From assembly GCA_965215775.1 (NCBI GenBank), contig CBDCEG010000027.1, forward strand, positions 101,860 through 165,859: 64,000 bases of DNA, read 5' to 3'. The translations under genes and the position numbers were made by a program. The stretch comes from Cardiobacteriales bacterium (GTDB lineage Bacteria; Pseudomonadota; Gammaproteobacteria; Cardiobacteriales; Ostreibacteriaceae). Positions 1 through 9,027 of the stretch are shown one piece after another (the first letter of the stretch is position 1; each line of letters begins with the position of its first letter). The notes beneath the pieces were generated by a model. That model was not told where the DNA came from, did not search any database, and worked only from the letters and a program-made list of their open reading frames with translations.

Positions 1-347
1 TTATAAAAATATATATAACTATCTACTTCTTCAGTAACTTCTTGATGGTTTTTAAAACTTAAATAATTTAATCTTTCAGACTTTAGACTCCTAAAAAATC
101 TTTCCATTACAGTATTATCCCAACAGTTTCCTTTTCTGCTAACACTCTTTGTTATATGCAAATTTACACAAAAATCAACAAATAAATTAGAAGTATATTG
201 CACCCCACGATCCTAATGAAATAATAATTTACTTGTGTCTGGCTGTTTTCTTCTAATTGCGTTTTGAAGTGCTTTTTTTGCAAGTTTTGCATTCGGTTTT
301 TGCGACAAACTCCAGCCCACAATTTCTTTTGTTGCAAGGTCAAGAAC
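1..347 (-). mobile_element. Window-truncated partial copy of the IS3-family left end (tandem unit 1)
   Basis: Bases 1-347 repeat at 453-799 (period 452 bp). The copy ends at the same ...caagaac junction and is followed at 348 by the IS terminus TGTAATGG. Confidence 0.85.
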
Positions 348-799
348 TGTAATGGTCTAATTTTATGGAACACTTTTTAAGCGACATTTATCATTCTATT
401 AAATTTTTCATTTGGTGTCATGTAATTTATTGCGGAATTTAACCTCTTATAATTATAAAAATATATATAACTATCTACTTCTTCAGTAACTTCTTGATGG
501 TTTTTAAAACTTAAATAATTTAATCTTTCAGACTTTAGACTCCTAAAAAATCTTTCCATTACAGTATTATCCCAACAGTTTCCTTTTCTGCTAACACTCT
601 TTGTTATATGCAAATTTACACAAAAATCAACAAATAAATTAGAAGTATATTGCACCCCACGATCCTAATGAAATAATAATTTACTTGTGTCTGGCTGTTT
701 TCTTCTAATTGCGTTTTGAAGTGCTTTTTTTGCAAGTTTTGCATTCGGTTTTTGCGACAAACTCCAGCCCACAATTTCTTTTGTTGCAAGGTCAAGAAC
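348..799 (-). mobile_element. Partial IS3-family copy (left terminus plus 3' part of orfB), tandem unit 2
   Basis: Starts with the same 33-bp terminus as the full copy at 800. It stops at the position equivalent to 1239 of the full copy, where the next IS terminus begins. Confidence 0.85.
377..799 (-). pseudogene. Truncated IS3 OrfB fragment (C-terminal part) with an in-frame TAG
   Basis: Colinear with the C-terminal part of the 279-aa OrfB. The HSD codon TCG is TAG here (665-667; same change at 213-215 in unit 1). The N-terminal half is missing. Confidence 0.8.
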
Positions 800-828
800 T
801 GTAATGGTCTAATTTTATGGAACACTTT

Positions 829-1668
829 TTAAGCGACATTTATCATTCTATTAAATTTTTCATTTGGTGTCATGTAATTTATTGCGGAATTTAACCTCTT
901 ATAATTATAAAAATATATATAACTATCTACTTCTTCAGTAACTTCTTGATGGTTTTTAAAACTTAAATAATTTAATCTTTCAGACTTTAGACTCCTAAAA
1001 AATCTTTCCATTACAGCATTATCCCAACAGTTTCCACTCTTTGTTATATGCAAATTTCCACAAAAATCAGTAAATAAATTAGAAGTATATTGCACCCCAC
1101 GATCCGAATGAAATAATAATTTACTTGTGTCTGGCTGTTTTCTTCTAATTGCATTTTGAAGTGCTTTTTTTGCAAGTTTTGCATTCGGTTTTTGTGACAA
1201 ACTCCAGCCCACAATTTCTTTTGTTGCAAGGTCAAGAACCGTCGCCAAATAGCTCCAGCCTTGATGATTTCGGATATAAGTTATATCGCCAACCCAATGT
1301 GTATTTGGTGTTTTTTGATTAAATTCTCTATTTAAAATATTATCAGAAATAATTTTAGACGCTTGTTCTTTGGGGTAATAGTGTTTTTTTCTTGGTGTAA
1401 TTGCTTGAATATTAGCAAGTTTCATCAATGACGCTACTTTAAAAATACCAATCTTAATACCGTAAAGTTGAAGTTCTTTTTGCATTCTTCTTTTCCCATA
1501 ACTGTGTTTTGTTTCTATAGAAATTTTCTTTAATAAAGATATTATTTCAGAAGATTTTCTATTAATTTTCCTAGTGTTAGTCTTTTTATAAAATGTATTT
1601 TTAGGAACCCCATAAGCAGTGCATAATTCAGTTATTGAGTAATTTTTATTTGCCATTTTTATTTTCAT
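829..1668 (-). CDS. IS3-family transposase OrfB (DDE integrase domain), with a 4-codon deletion between the second D and the E
   Basis: 279-aa ORF with WVGDITYI, FHSDRGVQYTS and GNCWDNAVMERFFRSLKSE. It lacks 12 nt (VSRK) that are present in the partial copies at 584-595. Confidence 0.85.
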   Translation of the reverse strand: MKIKMANKNYSITELCTAYGVPKNTFYKKTNTRKINRKSSEIISLLKKISIETKHSYGKRRMQKELQLYGIKIGIFKVASLMKLANIQAITPRKKHYYPKEQASKIISDNILNREFNQKTPNTHWVGDITYIRNHQGWSYLATVLDLATKEIVGWSLSQKPNAKLAKKALQNAIRRKQPDTSKLLFHSDRGVQYTSNLFTDFCGNLHITKSGNCWDNAVMERFFRSLKSERLNYLSFKNHQEVTEEVDSYIYFYNYKRLNSAINYMTPNEKFNRMINVA

Positions 1669-1682
1669 AATAACTTCAGTTT

Positions 1683-1988
1683 TTAGTTTTTTTGAATAAA
1701 AATGGCAGCAGCCTTTTTTAAAATTTCATTGTCTCTTTTAGCCCTCCAAAGCTGTTTCCTAAGGTCTTGAATCTCCTGCTGCTGAGCTGTCAACGCTCTT
1801 TTGCCATCTGGAGTTTTCCCACCTAATTCGTCAATATATTGTTTTTTCCAACGCGCAACAGCTGATTTTCCTGCACCAGAAATTTCTTGAATTTGACTAT
1901 TTGTATAATTTTCATGCACCATAAGCTTTGCATAATCAAGCTTTTGCTCTACAGTCCAAGTTTTTCTTTGTTTGTTAATTTTTGACAT
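1683..1988 (-). CDS. IS3-family transposase OrfA (HTH plus leucine-zipper-like C terminus)
   Basis: 101-aa ORF directly upstream of OrfB in the 0 frame, with the usual IS3 OrfA size and layout. Confidence 0.85.
   Translation of the reverse strand: MSKINKQRKTWTVEQKLDYAKLMVHENYTNSQIQEISGAGKSAVARWKKQYIDELGGKTPDGKRALTAQQQEIQDLRKQLWRAKRDNEILKKAAAIFIQKN
1713..1719 (-). promoter_or_regulatory. Programmed -1 ribosomal frameshift heptamer A AAA AAG (orfA to orfB)
   Basis: In the orfA frame the minus strand reads TTA AAA AAG. I translated the -1 frame from here and it runs without stops into the OrfB ORF (..KKGCCHFYSKKLKTEVIMKIKMANK..). Confidence 0.7.
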
Positions 1989-2052
1989 AATTTTTTCCTC
2001 TTAAAAGTGTATTATAGGCTAAAAATCTGTCCCATAAAACTGAACCACTTCA

Positions 2053-2085
2053 ATCTTTTATTTATCTTTTATTTATCTTTTATTT
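2053..2085. repeat. Three tandem copies of an 11-bp unit (ATCTTTTATTT)
   Basis: Read directly. It lies in the ~129-bp segment between the inner degenerate IR and the outer perfect IR of the IS. Confidence 0.8.
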
Positions 2086-2362
2086 ATCTGTTTTCTTATT
2101 TTTCTTATTTTTTTAAGATTTTGTTAGTTTTGTAAGTTTTTTAGTTAATTAAAAAGTGTTCCATAAAATTAGACCATTACAAGCTCAGCATCATCCTTTA
2201 AGGGGTACATGAAATCAAAATCAATAAAAACATAAATTGTTTTTTTTTGATTAGCTCGATAGTATTTATTGGTATCGGTATAAATACTTAAAAACTCTTC
2301 TTCAGATAATATTTCATATGCTGGTCATTGTTAAAACTCATAGTTACTTCTATATAAATAAT

Positions 2363-2403
2363 AAATAAAGCTCAAAAAAATATGGTTTTTTTGAGCTTTA
2401 TTT
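2363..2403 (-). terminator. Rho-independent-type hairpin downstream of rph (bidirectional A/T tails)
   Basis: aaataaagctcaaaaaaa / tatgg / tttttttgagctttattt is a perfect inverted repeat ~28 nt past the rph stop. Confidence 0.7.
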
Positions 2404-2430
2404 ATTGATTTAATTTTTTTCATACTAAAT

Positions 2431-3147
2431 TTATAATCCCAAAACTTCTCTTTGTTTAATTGTTATTTCTTCAATTCCTTTTTCTGCCAAATCAATCATT
2501 TGATTTAATTCATCGCGTGAAAAAGTTCCATTTTCTGCAGTTCCTTGAATTTCAATAATATTTTTACTTTCATTCATAACTACATTCATATCAGTTTGTG
2601 CGTTTGAGTCTTCAATATAATCTAAATCAAGCACAGGTTCATCATTGAAAATTCCTACAGAAATTGCGGCAACTTGTCCAATTAGAGGGTTTGTTGTTGT
2701 TTTTTGATTTTCAATAAGATAACGAATGCAGTCAGCAAGAGCGATAAACCCACCATTTATTGAAGCGGTTCTTGTTCCGCCATCTGCTTGAATTACATCA
2801 CAATCAATTGTAATCATAATCTCTCCAAGCTGTTTTAAATCAACCACACCACGCAAGCTTCTAGCAATTAATCGTTGAATTTCCATAGTTCGTCCAGATT
2901 GTTTACCTTTGGACGCCTCTCTTTGCATTCTAGTATTTGTTGAACGCGGCAACATTCCATACTCTGCTGTTACCCAACCTTGTTTTTTACCTCTTAAAAA
3001 ATGTGGAACCTTTTCTTCAACACTTGCTGTGCAAATTACCTTTGTATTTCCAAATTCTACCAAAACTGAACCCTCTGCGTGTTTGGTGAAATTTCTTGTG
3101 AACTTTACTTCTCGTAACTCATTATTTTGTCTATTGCTTGGTCTCAT
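2431..3147 (-). CDS. rph: Ribonuclease PH
   Basis: 238 aa with typical RNase PH blocks ([33 protein letters not shown]). Confidence 0.95.
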   Translation of the reverse strand: MRPSNRQNNELREVKFTRNFTKHAEGSVLVEFGNTKVICTASVEEKVPHFLRGKKQGWVTAEYGMLPRSTNTRMQREASKGKQSGRTMEIQRLIARSLRGVVDLKQLGEIMITIDCDVIQADGGTRTASINGGFIALADCIRYLIENQKTTTNPLIGQVAAISVGIFNDEPVLDLDYIEDSNAQTDMNVVMNESKNIIEIQGTAENGTFSRDELNQMIDLAEKGIEEITIKQREVLGL

Positions 3148-3173
3148 TTTTCGCCTCTAATAATAATTTATAA

Positions 3174-4253
3174 TTATAGTTTTTTTAATTCTGCTAAAAC
3201 AGCATTACCCATAGCTTCACAGCCTAGAAGTTTACTATTTTCATCCATGATATCAGCAGTTCTAAAGCCATTATCAAGAACTATATTTATTGCTTTATCA
3301 ATTTTATTTGCAATTATTTGTTCATCAAATGAATAACGCAAAAGCATAATTAATGATGAAATAGTTGCAAGTGGGTTTGCTTTGTCAGTCCCTGCAATAT
3401 CAGGAGCGGAGCCGTGAACAGGTTCATACAATCCCTTTCCATTTGCATCAAATGAAGCGGATGGAAGCATTCCAATAGAGCCTGTAAGCATTGCTGCACA
3501 ATCTGATAAAATATCCCCAAATAAATTCCCTGTAACCATTACATCAAACTGTTTTGGTGCACGAACTAATTGCATAGCTGCATTATCAACAAACATATGT
3601 GATAATTCTACTTCTGGATTATTTTTATGAGCTTTTATAGCTCCTTCACGCCATAATTCTGATACTTCAAGGACATTTGCTTTTTCAACAGAGCAAAGCT
3701 TTCCACCGCGTTTTTTCGCAATATCAAAAGCAACTTTCATAATTCTAGAAATTTCAGTTTCAGAATAAACCATTGTGTTAAAACCTACTTTTTCTCCATT
3801 TCTATCTTCAATTCCTCTCGGTTTACCAAAATAAATCCCACCAGTTAGCTCACGAACAATCATAATATCAAGCCCTGAAACTATATCTTCCTTTAAGCTA
3901 GAAGCACTTGCAAGCTGTGGAAATAAAGTTGCAGGACGCAGGTTTGCAAATAAACCTAGTTGCTCACGAATAGCAAGCAAACCTCGTTCTGGGCGTAAAC
4001 TTCTCTCTAATGTATCATATTTTGGACCACCAATAGCACCCAATAAAATTGCATCCGCTTGTTTTGCAAGCACAACTGTTTCATCAGGCAAAGGCTTACC
4101 ATATTTATCATAAGCACAACCACCAATTAACCCATGGCTAATTTCTATATTTAAAATATTCTCATCTTTTAAATAATTAAGTATTTTTTCAGCTTGTGCA
4201 ACAATCTCTGTCCCTATGCCATCACCTGGCAGTAATAATATTTTTTTTGTCAT
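3174..4253 (-). CDS. leuB: 3-isopropylmalate dehydrogenase
   Basis: 359 aa with [11 protein letters not shown] near the N terminus and the NLFGDILSD motif. Confidence 0.95.
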   Translation of the reverse strand: MTKKILLLPGDGIGTEIVAQAEKILNYLKDENILNIEISHGLIGGCAYDKYGKPLPDETVVLAKQADAILLGAIGGPKYDTLERSLRPERGLLAIREQLGLFANLRPATLFPQLASASSLKEDIVSGLDIMIVRELTGGIYFGKPRGIEDRNGEKVGFNTMVYSETEISRIMKVAFDIAKKRGGKLCSVEKANVLEVSELWREGAIKAHKNNPEVELSHMFVDNAAMQLVRAPKQFDVMVTGNLFGDILSDCAAMLTGSIGMLPSASFDANGKGLYEPVHGSAPDIAGTDKANPLATISSLIMLLRYSFDEQIIANKIDKAINIVLDNGFRTADIMDENSKLLGCEAMGNAVLAELKKL

Positions 4254-4276
4254 TTTTCCTCTATTTATTTCAAATG

Positions 4277-5416
4277 TTAATTGATAAAACTGTCATAGGA
4301 ACCAGTCTTTAATATATCAATTTTAAAGTTACTTTCTTTACTTTTAGTAATAATTATACTATCAAAACCTAACCTATCTAATTTTTCAATTGTTGCCAAT
4401 TCTCCTTCTTTTAATTGTAAAATCTTTCTTAAAAGCCAATCAGATAATGCTTTATTTGGATTGGTCATTAATGCTTTAGAATTGTCTTGACATACTTTTG
4501 CATCAAAGACTTTTCCTGTTGGTGCTTCTAGGCTAAAACTTTTATCTCTAGCAGGAAAAAAGCTTGGATATTTTTTGTGAATTATACTTGGAATTCGGAT
4601 ATAAATTTCTCCCATATTCCTTTCTCTTCCTTCTGAATTCCACTGATTTAGTCCACTTTTTTCAAAAACAAACTTTTCTTTATCTTTTATACCGTATAGT
4701 GGTAAAACTACATAATGCTCTCCTTTTATAAGTTTATCTGTAGCAGGTTTGAAGTCATTATTTGAAAATAAATCAAGTAATAAACTAAAAGGGTCTTCAA
4801 TTATATCAACTGGTAATCTAAATGCATTGTTAGGGATTATGAATTTTCTAAATAAAGTACTCTTTGAATAATTAAAAGAGTAAAAATTATGTCCATCTTC
4901 AAATTGTAAACTTGCTTTACTTTCTTTAACAGAATGGATATTTGCAATATCAATTTGTTCATAGTCTGTTTCAAAAAGTAATAACTCATTTTCTCTTCTT
5001 GCTACAATATGATAAATTGATGATTCAATATCATAAATTCTATTTGCCAAATCAATCCTTTGATTTCTATATTCGCCTAATTTATAAGCTAGTTCTTTTC
5101 CTTGAATTTTTTTTAGCTCTTTTGAAAGGCTATTAAATTCTGCAATTTTTTCTGTACTATTATCATTTTTAGAAATAAAAGTTTTTAAGCCTATGCCAAC
5201 AGAATCTAAATCTGCATCAAATGCAGTATCAGAACGCGATAAGTTGTTTGCACCAAAACTGCTACAGAATATGTTTTCTGCAACCCTATAGTTTATAAAT
5301 GGAACCGCACTTTCACTAAAAAGTCCAGATAACTTAGATACAGCAGATAATAGTTTTAAGTAGTTACCCTTATTATCAATGTCTATTTGAGCAAAGCTTT
5401 TTGTATTATTGTTCAT
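4277..5416 (-). CDS. Putative type II restriction endonuclease partner of the adjacent C5-methyltransferase (family and specificity unknown)
   Basis: 379-aa ORF whose start overlaps the methyltransferase stop by 11 nt on the same strand. I do not recognise a named family, so the call rests on context. Confidence 0.5.
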   Translation of the reverse strand: MNNNTKSFAQIDIDNKGNYLKLLSAVSKLSGLFSESAVPFINYRVAENIFCSSFGANNLSRSDTAFDADLDSVGIGLKTFISKNDNSTEKIAEFNSLSKELKKIQGKELAYKLGEYRNQRIDLANRIYDIESSIYHIVARRENELLLFETDYEQIDIANIHSVKESKASLQFEDGHNFYSFNYSKSTLFRKFIIPNNAFRLPVDIIEDPFSLLLDLFSNNDFKPATDKLIKGEHYVVLPLYGIKDKEKFVFEKSGLNQWNSEGRERNMGEIYIRIPSIIHKKYPSFFPARDKSFSLEAPTGKVFDAKVCQDNSKALMTNPNKALSDWLLRKILQLKEGELATIEKLDRLGFDSIIITKSKESNFKIDILKTGSYDSFIN

Positions 5417-6347
5417 ATTTTAATACTTTTTTTATTTCATTAGCGATTGCTTTAATAACAGGGACTGTAACAGAATTTCCAATTTGCTTATATAAAGAAG
5501 AGTTGGACAGTTCCTTGCTTAAAATAAAATCATCAGAATACCCTTGAAATCTAGCACATTCCCTTGGAGTTAATTTTCTAATATCAACCTCATCTATTAT
5601 CAAAGGAACATTATGCCCACCAGTCCCCATATTCGCAGTTAGTGTTGGGCAGACATTACTTTTGTTTTCTCGGACATATTTTCTCCTCCATTGAAAAATA
5701 GAATCTTTATTTAACATTTCTTTTTTTAACTGCTTATAGTAAATACTATTTGTATAATAGTATTTTTCATTTGCACGGTTATCAATAAAATCTTTAGTTT
5801 TTCTTTTTAATGTTATTTTTGCAGGAAAAGAGAAATTATTGAATGCATATTCACTTTTGAAAGCAACAATATAAATTCGTTCTCTATTCTGCGGAATATT
5901 AGCATAGTCTAATGTGTTTAATACCTCACTCTTAACAAAATACCCTCTTTCATTTAACTCATTAATTATTTTATTAAAAGTTCTTCCATCATCATGAGTT
6001 TTTAAATTTTTCACATTTTCTAAAAAAACCACCTTAGGATTTAAATCATCAATGAAACGAAGTATTTCAAAAAAAATATTACCTCTTTTATCCTCAAAAC
6101 CCTTTCTGTGTCCAGCAATAGAAAAAGCTTGGCAAGGGAACCCTGCTGTTAAAATATCAATAGGATCTATATCTTTAGAAGATAATTCTTTTATATCTTT
6201 TTCAAAAAGTTTATGTGTATGGTTATGTCTATATGTTATTGCTGCATATTTATCTATTTCATTTGCCCAAACAATATTAAACCCAGCCTGTTGAAATCCA
6301 AGCTCAACTCCTCCAATACCAGCAAATAAACCACCTACTTTTTTCAT
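5406..6347 (-). CDS. DNA (cytosine-5)-methyltransferase
   Basis: Motifs FAGIGG (I), GFPCQAFS (IV), FLENVKN (VI), QNRERIY (VIII) and GNSVTVPV (X). The ATG at 6347 is preferred over the TTG at 6362 used by the ORF track. Confidence 0.9.
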   Translation of the reverse strand: MKKVGGLFAGIGGVELGFQQAGFNIVWANEIDKYAAITYRHNHTHKLFEKDIKELSSKDIDPIDILTAGFPCQAFSIAGHRKGFEDKRGNIFFEILRFIDDLNPKVVFLENVKNLKTHDDGRTFNKIINELNERGYFVKSEVLNTLDYANIPQNRERIYIVAFKSEYAFNNFSFPAKITLKRKTKDFIDNRANEKYYYTNSIYYKQLKKEMLNKDSIFQWRRKYVRENKSNVCPTLTANMGTGGHNVPLIIDEVDIRKLTPRECARFQGYSDDFILSKELSNSSLYKQIGNSVTVPVIKAIANEIKKVLKYEQ

Positions 6348-6358
6348 ATTTTTAGCTC

Positions 6359-6427
6359 TCAAATAGATGTATTCTCAAAAACCCAAGGGTTTTCGGATTT
6401 GTATTTTTCTTCAAATTGTTTTATCTC
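6359..6427 (-). repeat. Duplicated copy of the leuD 3' end (direct repeat of 8374-8442)
   Basis: 6361-6427 is identical to 8376-8442 and weaker similarity continues ~13 bp. It encodes ..[22 protein letters not shown] plus a stop and sits between the two R-M cassettes. Confidence 0.9.
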
Positions 6428-6466
6428 ATTTTCTTTTTTCATATTTTTCCTCGTCATATTTAACTT

Positions 6467-7315
6467 CTATAAGTTTATATATTTAATTAACTTACATTTT
6501 ATCATATTTGATGGGTTATTAGGGTTTTGCACTTCAATGTTTTGTACTGAAATGGAATCATTTAACTCTATCTTTTTTCTGCTACTTGAAGGGTAAGAAT
6601 TATATTTAGTTAAAGGTAATATTGTAATACATTGAAATTTAGCATTTGATGAGTAGCCGTGGACATAATCAAAAACTTTGTAAGGTTGCTGTAACAACCA
6701 CATACCTCTAATTCTTAGGTTTGTTATTTTAAGAGGGTCAACTGAATTTACTCTTCCTATTTCATTTGTTGGAGAAAAGTCTATCTCAGGAGCCGCTTCA
6801 ATATTTTTGGTTAAATCTTCTTTTAATGAAATATAAACCTCCTCATCAGCCGCATAAATAGACCCATCAATAAACCAAAGTGATGATAATATTTTTGAAC
6901 CTTTCGGGATATGCCCAATAGCATATATAAAATCTTTTTCTGTCCATTCTTCGCAACTTACACAGTGTTTATTTATTAGTGAGCTTGTTGATAGTAATTT
7001 TGATTTTGGGTGTGAGCTATTTAATTGAAGGTCTGATTTAATATTCTCTACTTTCTTAACCTCAATAGCATCTCCACCTTTTATCATTATATCTGGTGGC
7101 GTTCTTGAGCTTCCTTGGTATGAAAACACATCATTATATTTATTAATCTTTGTTTCTTTATCAGCCTCTGTATAGGTATTAGCAAATACATCTTTAATAA
7201 AAGACTCTAGTCCTTCTCCTACACTTATGGCACGATTATTACCTAGTGTAATATTTTTCACTTCTAGCTTTTCTAATTGTGAAATATTATATATTGCTTC
7301 TAAGATATTTGTCAT
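6467..7315 (-). CDS. Type II restriction endonuclease, NgoPII-like (predicted GGCC)
   Basis: 282 aa with a 4-nt overlap with the upstream HaeIII/NgoPII-like methyltransferase. Blocks [18 protein letters not shown] and LRIRGMW match my recollection of R.NgoPII. Confidence 0.7.
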   Translation of the reverse strand: MTNILEAIYNISQLEKLEVKNITLGNNRAISVGEGLESFIKDVFANTYTEADKETKINKYNDVFSYQGSSRTPPDIMIKGGDAIEVKKVENIKSDLQLNSSHPKSKLLSTSSLINKHCVSCEEWTEKDFIYAIGHIPKGSKILSSLWFIDGSIYAADEEVYISLKEDLTKNIEAAPEIDFSPTNEIGRVNSVDPLKITNLRIRGMWLLQQPYKVFDYVHGYSSNAKFQCITILPLTKYNSYPSSSRKKIELNDSISVQNIEVQNPNNPSNMIKCKLIKYINL

Positions 7316-8361
7316 ACTGCCACTTTTACTTTTTCAACTTGCTTAAATTTTGATTTTTCTTGTTTAGAAATATTTGCTGTTAATTGTGCTTTAATATTCT
7401 CTGCTAAAAATTTTGCCAAATTCACAGGAACTGCATTTCCAATCATTTTATAACCTGCTGGCACATTTGTATAATGAAAAGTAAATTCATCTGGAAATGT
7501 TTGTATTCTTGCACATTCCCTAACACTTAAGCGTCTGTATAAATGTTCTTTCCCTGGAACAAAAACTCTAATATTTTGCTCTATAAATTTCATTTTTGGT
7601 GCTTGTGGATGGATTGGTGCGTGTCTTCCACCTGCTTGAATTGTATACGATTGTTCGCCCCAACTTCTTACACGATTTCTGGACATATACATTGATGAAA
7701 AACTGCCAATCATATATTCATGATTTGTTACTTCACAATCACTCCCATTTGTTTTATTTTTCTCTTTCGCAGGTATTGCAGTATTTTTTAGGTCTTCAAT
7801 AGTTTCTTTTAATGTAATTTTCGGAAATTTAATTGTTGGAAAATTAAACTCAAAACCCAAATCTTTCCTTACTCCAATAAAGAATACTCTTTTTCTGTCT
7901 TGAGGAACATTATAATCTGAAGCATTTAGCATTTGAAATGAAAGGTTATATCCAATTCCTGCATTTTTAAAAAGTTCTTTAATCCCTTTTAATGCCTCAT
8001 TATGTTTTGAAATGAGCATTCCACTTACATTTTCCGCCAAAAAGAATTTAGGTTGTTTGGCTTCTAATATTCTTATGAAATCATAGAACAATTGACCTCG
8101 CTTATCTTTTATTCCTCTAGCCGCACCTGCTTCACTCCAGCTTTGACAAGGTGGACCACCAATAATTCCATCACACTCTGGAACCTCATCAGCTGGAATA
8201 TTTACAATACTTCTTTTGTCAAGAGTTGTATTAGGATGGTTTTTTTCATAGGTTTCCCAAATTTCTTTGTCGTATTCATTTGCCCAAATAATATCAAATC
8301 CTGCCTTTTGAAATCCAAGATCTAATCCACCTGCTCCTGAAAAAAATGATACTATTTTCAT
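7312..8361 (-). CDS. DNA (cytosine-5)-methyltransferase, M.HaeIII/M.NgoPII-like (predicted GGCC)
   Basis: 349 aa, colinear with M.HaeIII as I recall it ([73 protein letters not shown]). Confidence 0.9.
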   Translation of the reverse strand: MKIVSFFSGAGGLDLGFQKAGFDIIWANEYDKEIWETYEKNHPNTTLDKRSIVNIPADEVPECDGIIGGPPCQSWSEAGAARGIKDKRGQLFYDFIRILEAKQPKFFLAENVSGMLISKHNEALKGIKELFKNAGIGYNLSFQMLNASDYNVPQDRKRVFFIGVRKDLGFEFNFPTIKFPKITLKETIEDLKNTAIPAKEKNKTNGSDCEVTNHEYMIGSFSSMYMSRNRVRSWGEQSYTIQAGGRHAPIHPQAPKMKFIEQNIRVFVPGKEHLYRRLSVRECARIQTFPDEFTFHYTNVPAGYKMIGNAVPVNLAKFLAENIKAQLTANISKQEKSKFKQVEKVKVAV

Positions 8362-8373
8362 ATCTCTAAAATT

Positions 8374-9018
8374 TTAAATAGATGTATTCTCAAAAACCCA
8401 AGGGTTTTCGGATTTGTATTTTTCTTCAAATTGTTTTATCTCTTCTTCTTTCTCAAGAGTTAAGCCAATTGCATCTAATCCTTTAAGCATCATATTTTTT
8501 CTAAACTCATCAATTTCAAAATTATAATTTTCACTGCCAACAATTACAATTTGCTTTTCTAAATCAACAGTTATTTCTAGTTGTTTTTTATTACTTAATT
8601 CAAATAACTTATCAATTTGTTGTTCGGTTAGTTTTATTGGTAAAACACCATTTTTAAAACAGTTATTATAAAAAATATCTGCAAAGCTAGGGGAGATAAC
8701 AGCACGAAAGCCATAATCATCTAAAGCCCAAACAGCATGTTCACGAGAAGATCCACAGCCAAAATTTTCTCTGGCAATAAGTATTGTGGAATTTTTATAA
8801 AGTGGATTGTTTAGAATGAAATCTTTATTTATTGGTCGTTTAGAGTTATCCATATTTGGTTGACCTTCATCTAAATAACGCCACTCATCAAATAAATTAA
8901 CCCCAAATCCTAAGCGTTTTATTGATTTTAAAAACTGCTTTGGAATAATTGCATCAGTATCAACATTTGATCTATCTAACGGTGTTACAATTCCTGTTTC
9001 TATTATAAATTTTTTCAT
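8374..9018 (-). CDS. leuD: 3-isopropylmalate dehydratase small subunit
   Basis: 214 aa, colinear with E. coli LeuD ([33 protein letters not shown]). Confidence 0.95.
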   Translation of the reverse strand: MKKFIIETGIVTPLDRSNVDTDAIIPKQFLKSIKRLGFGVNLFDEWRYLDEGQPNMDNSKRPINKDFILNNPLYKNSTILIARENFGCGSSREHAVWALDDYGFRAVISPSFADIFYNNCFKNGVLPIKLTEQQIDKLFELSNKKQLEITVDLEKQIVIVGSENYNFEIDEFRKNMMLKGLDAIGLTLEKEEEIKQFEEKYKSENPWVFENTSI

Positions 9019-9027
9019 TTAGTTTCC

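Larger units (their letters stand above)
800..2181 (-). mobile_element. IS3-family insertion sequence (orfA/orfB); right boundary ambiguous (2052 or 2181)
   Basis: The TG...CA termini typical of IS3 are present. Bases 800-832 are a perfect 33-bp inverted repeat of 2149-2181. A second, degenerate IR-like sequence ends at 2052. Two overlapping-frame transposase ORFs lie inside. Confidence 0.8.

Noticed and set aside
164-1235. Three 63-69-aa minus-strand ORFs (164-373, 616-825, 1044-1235) inside the IS copies
   Set aside because: They are an off-frame reading of orfB sequence, repeated only because the IS segment is repeated. No independent coding evidence exists.
2190-2330. About 46-codon open frame on the minus strand running into the IS right end (..YEILSEEEFLSIYTDTNKYYRANQKKTIYVFIDFDFMYPLKDDAEL)
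   Set aside because: It might be a gene truncated by the IS. However, it has no start codon, no recognisable family, and a length compatible with chance.
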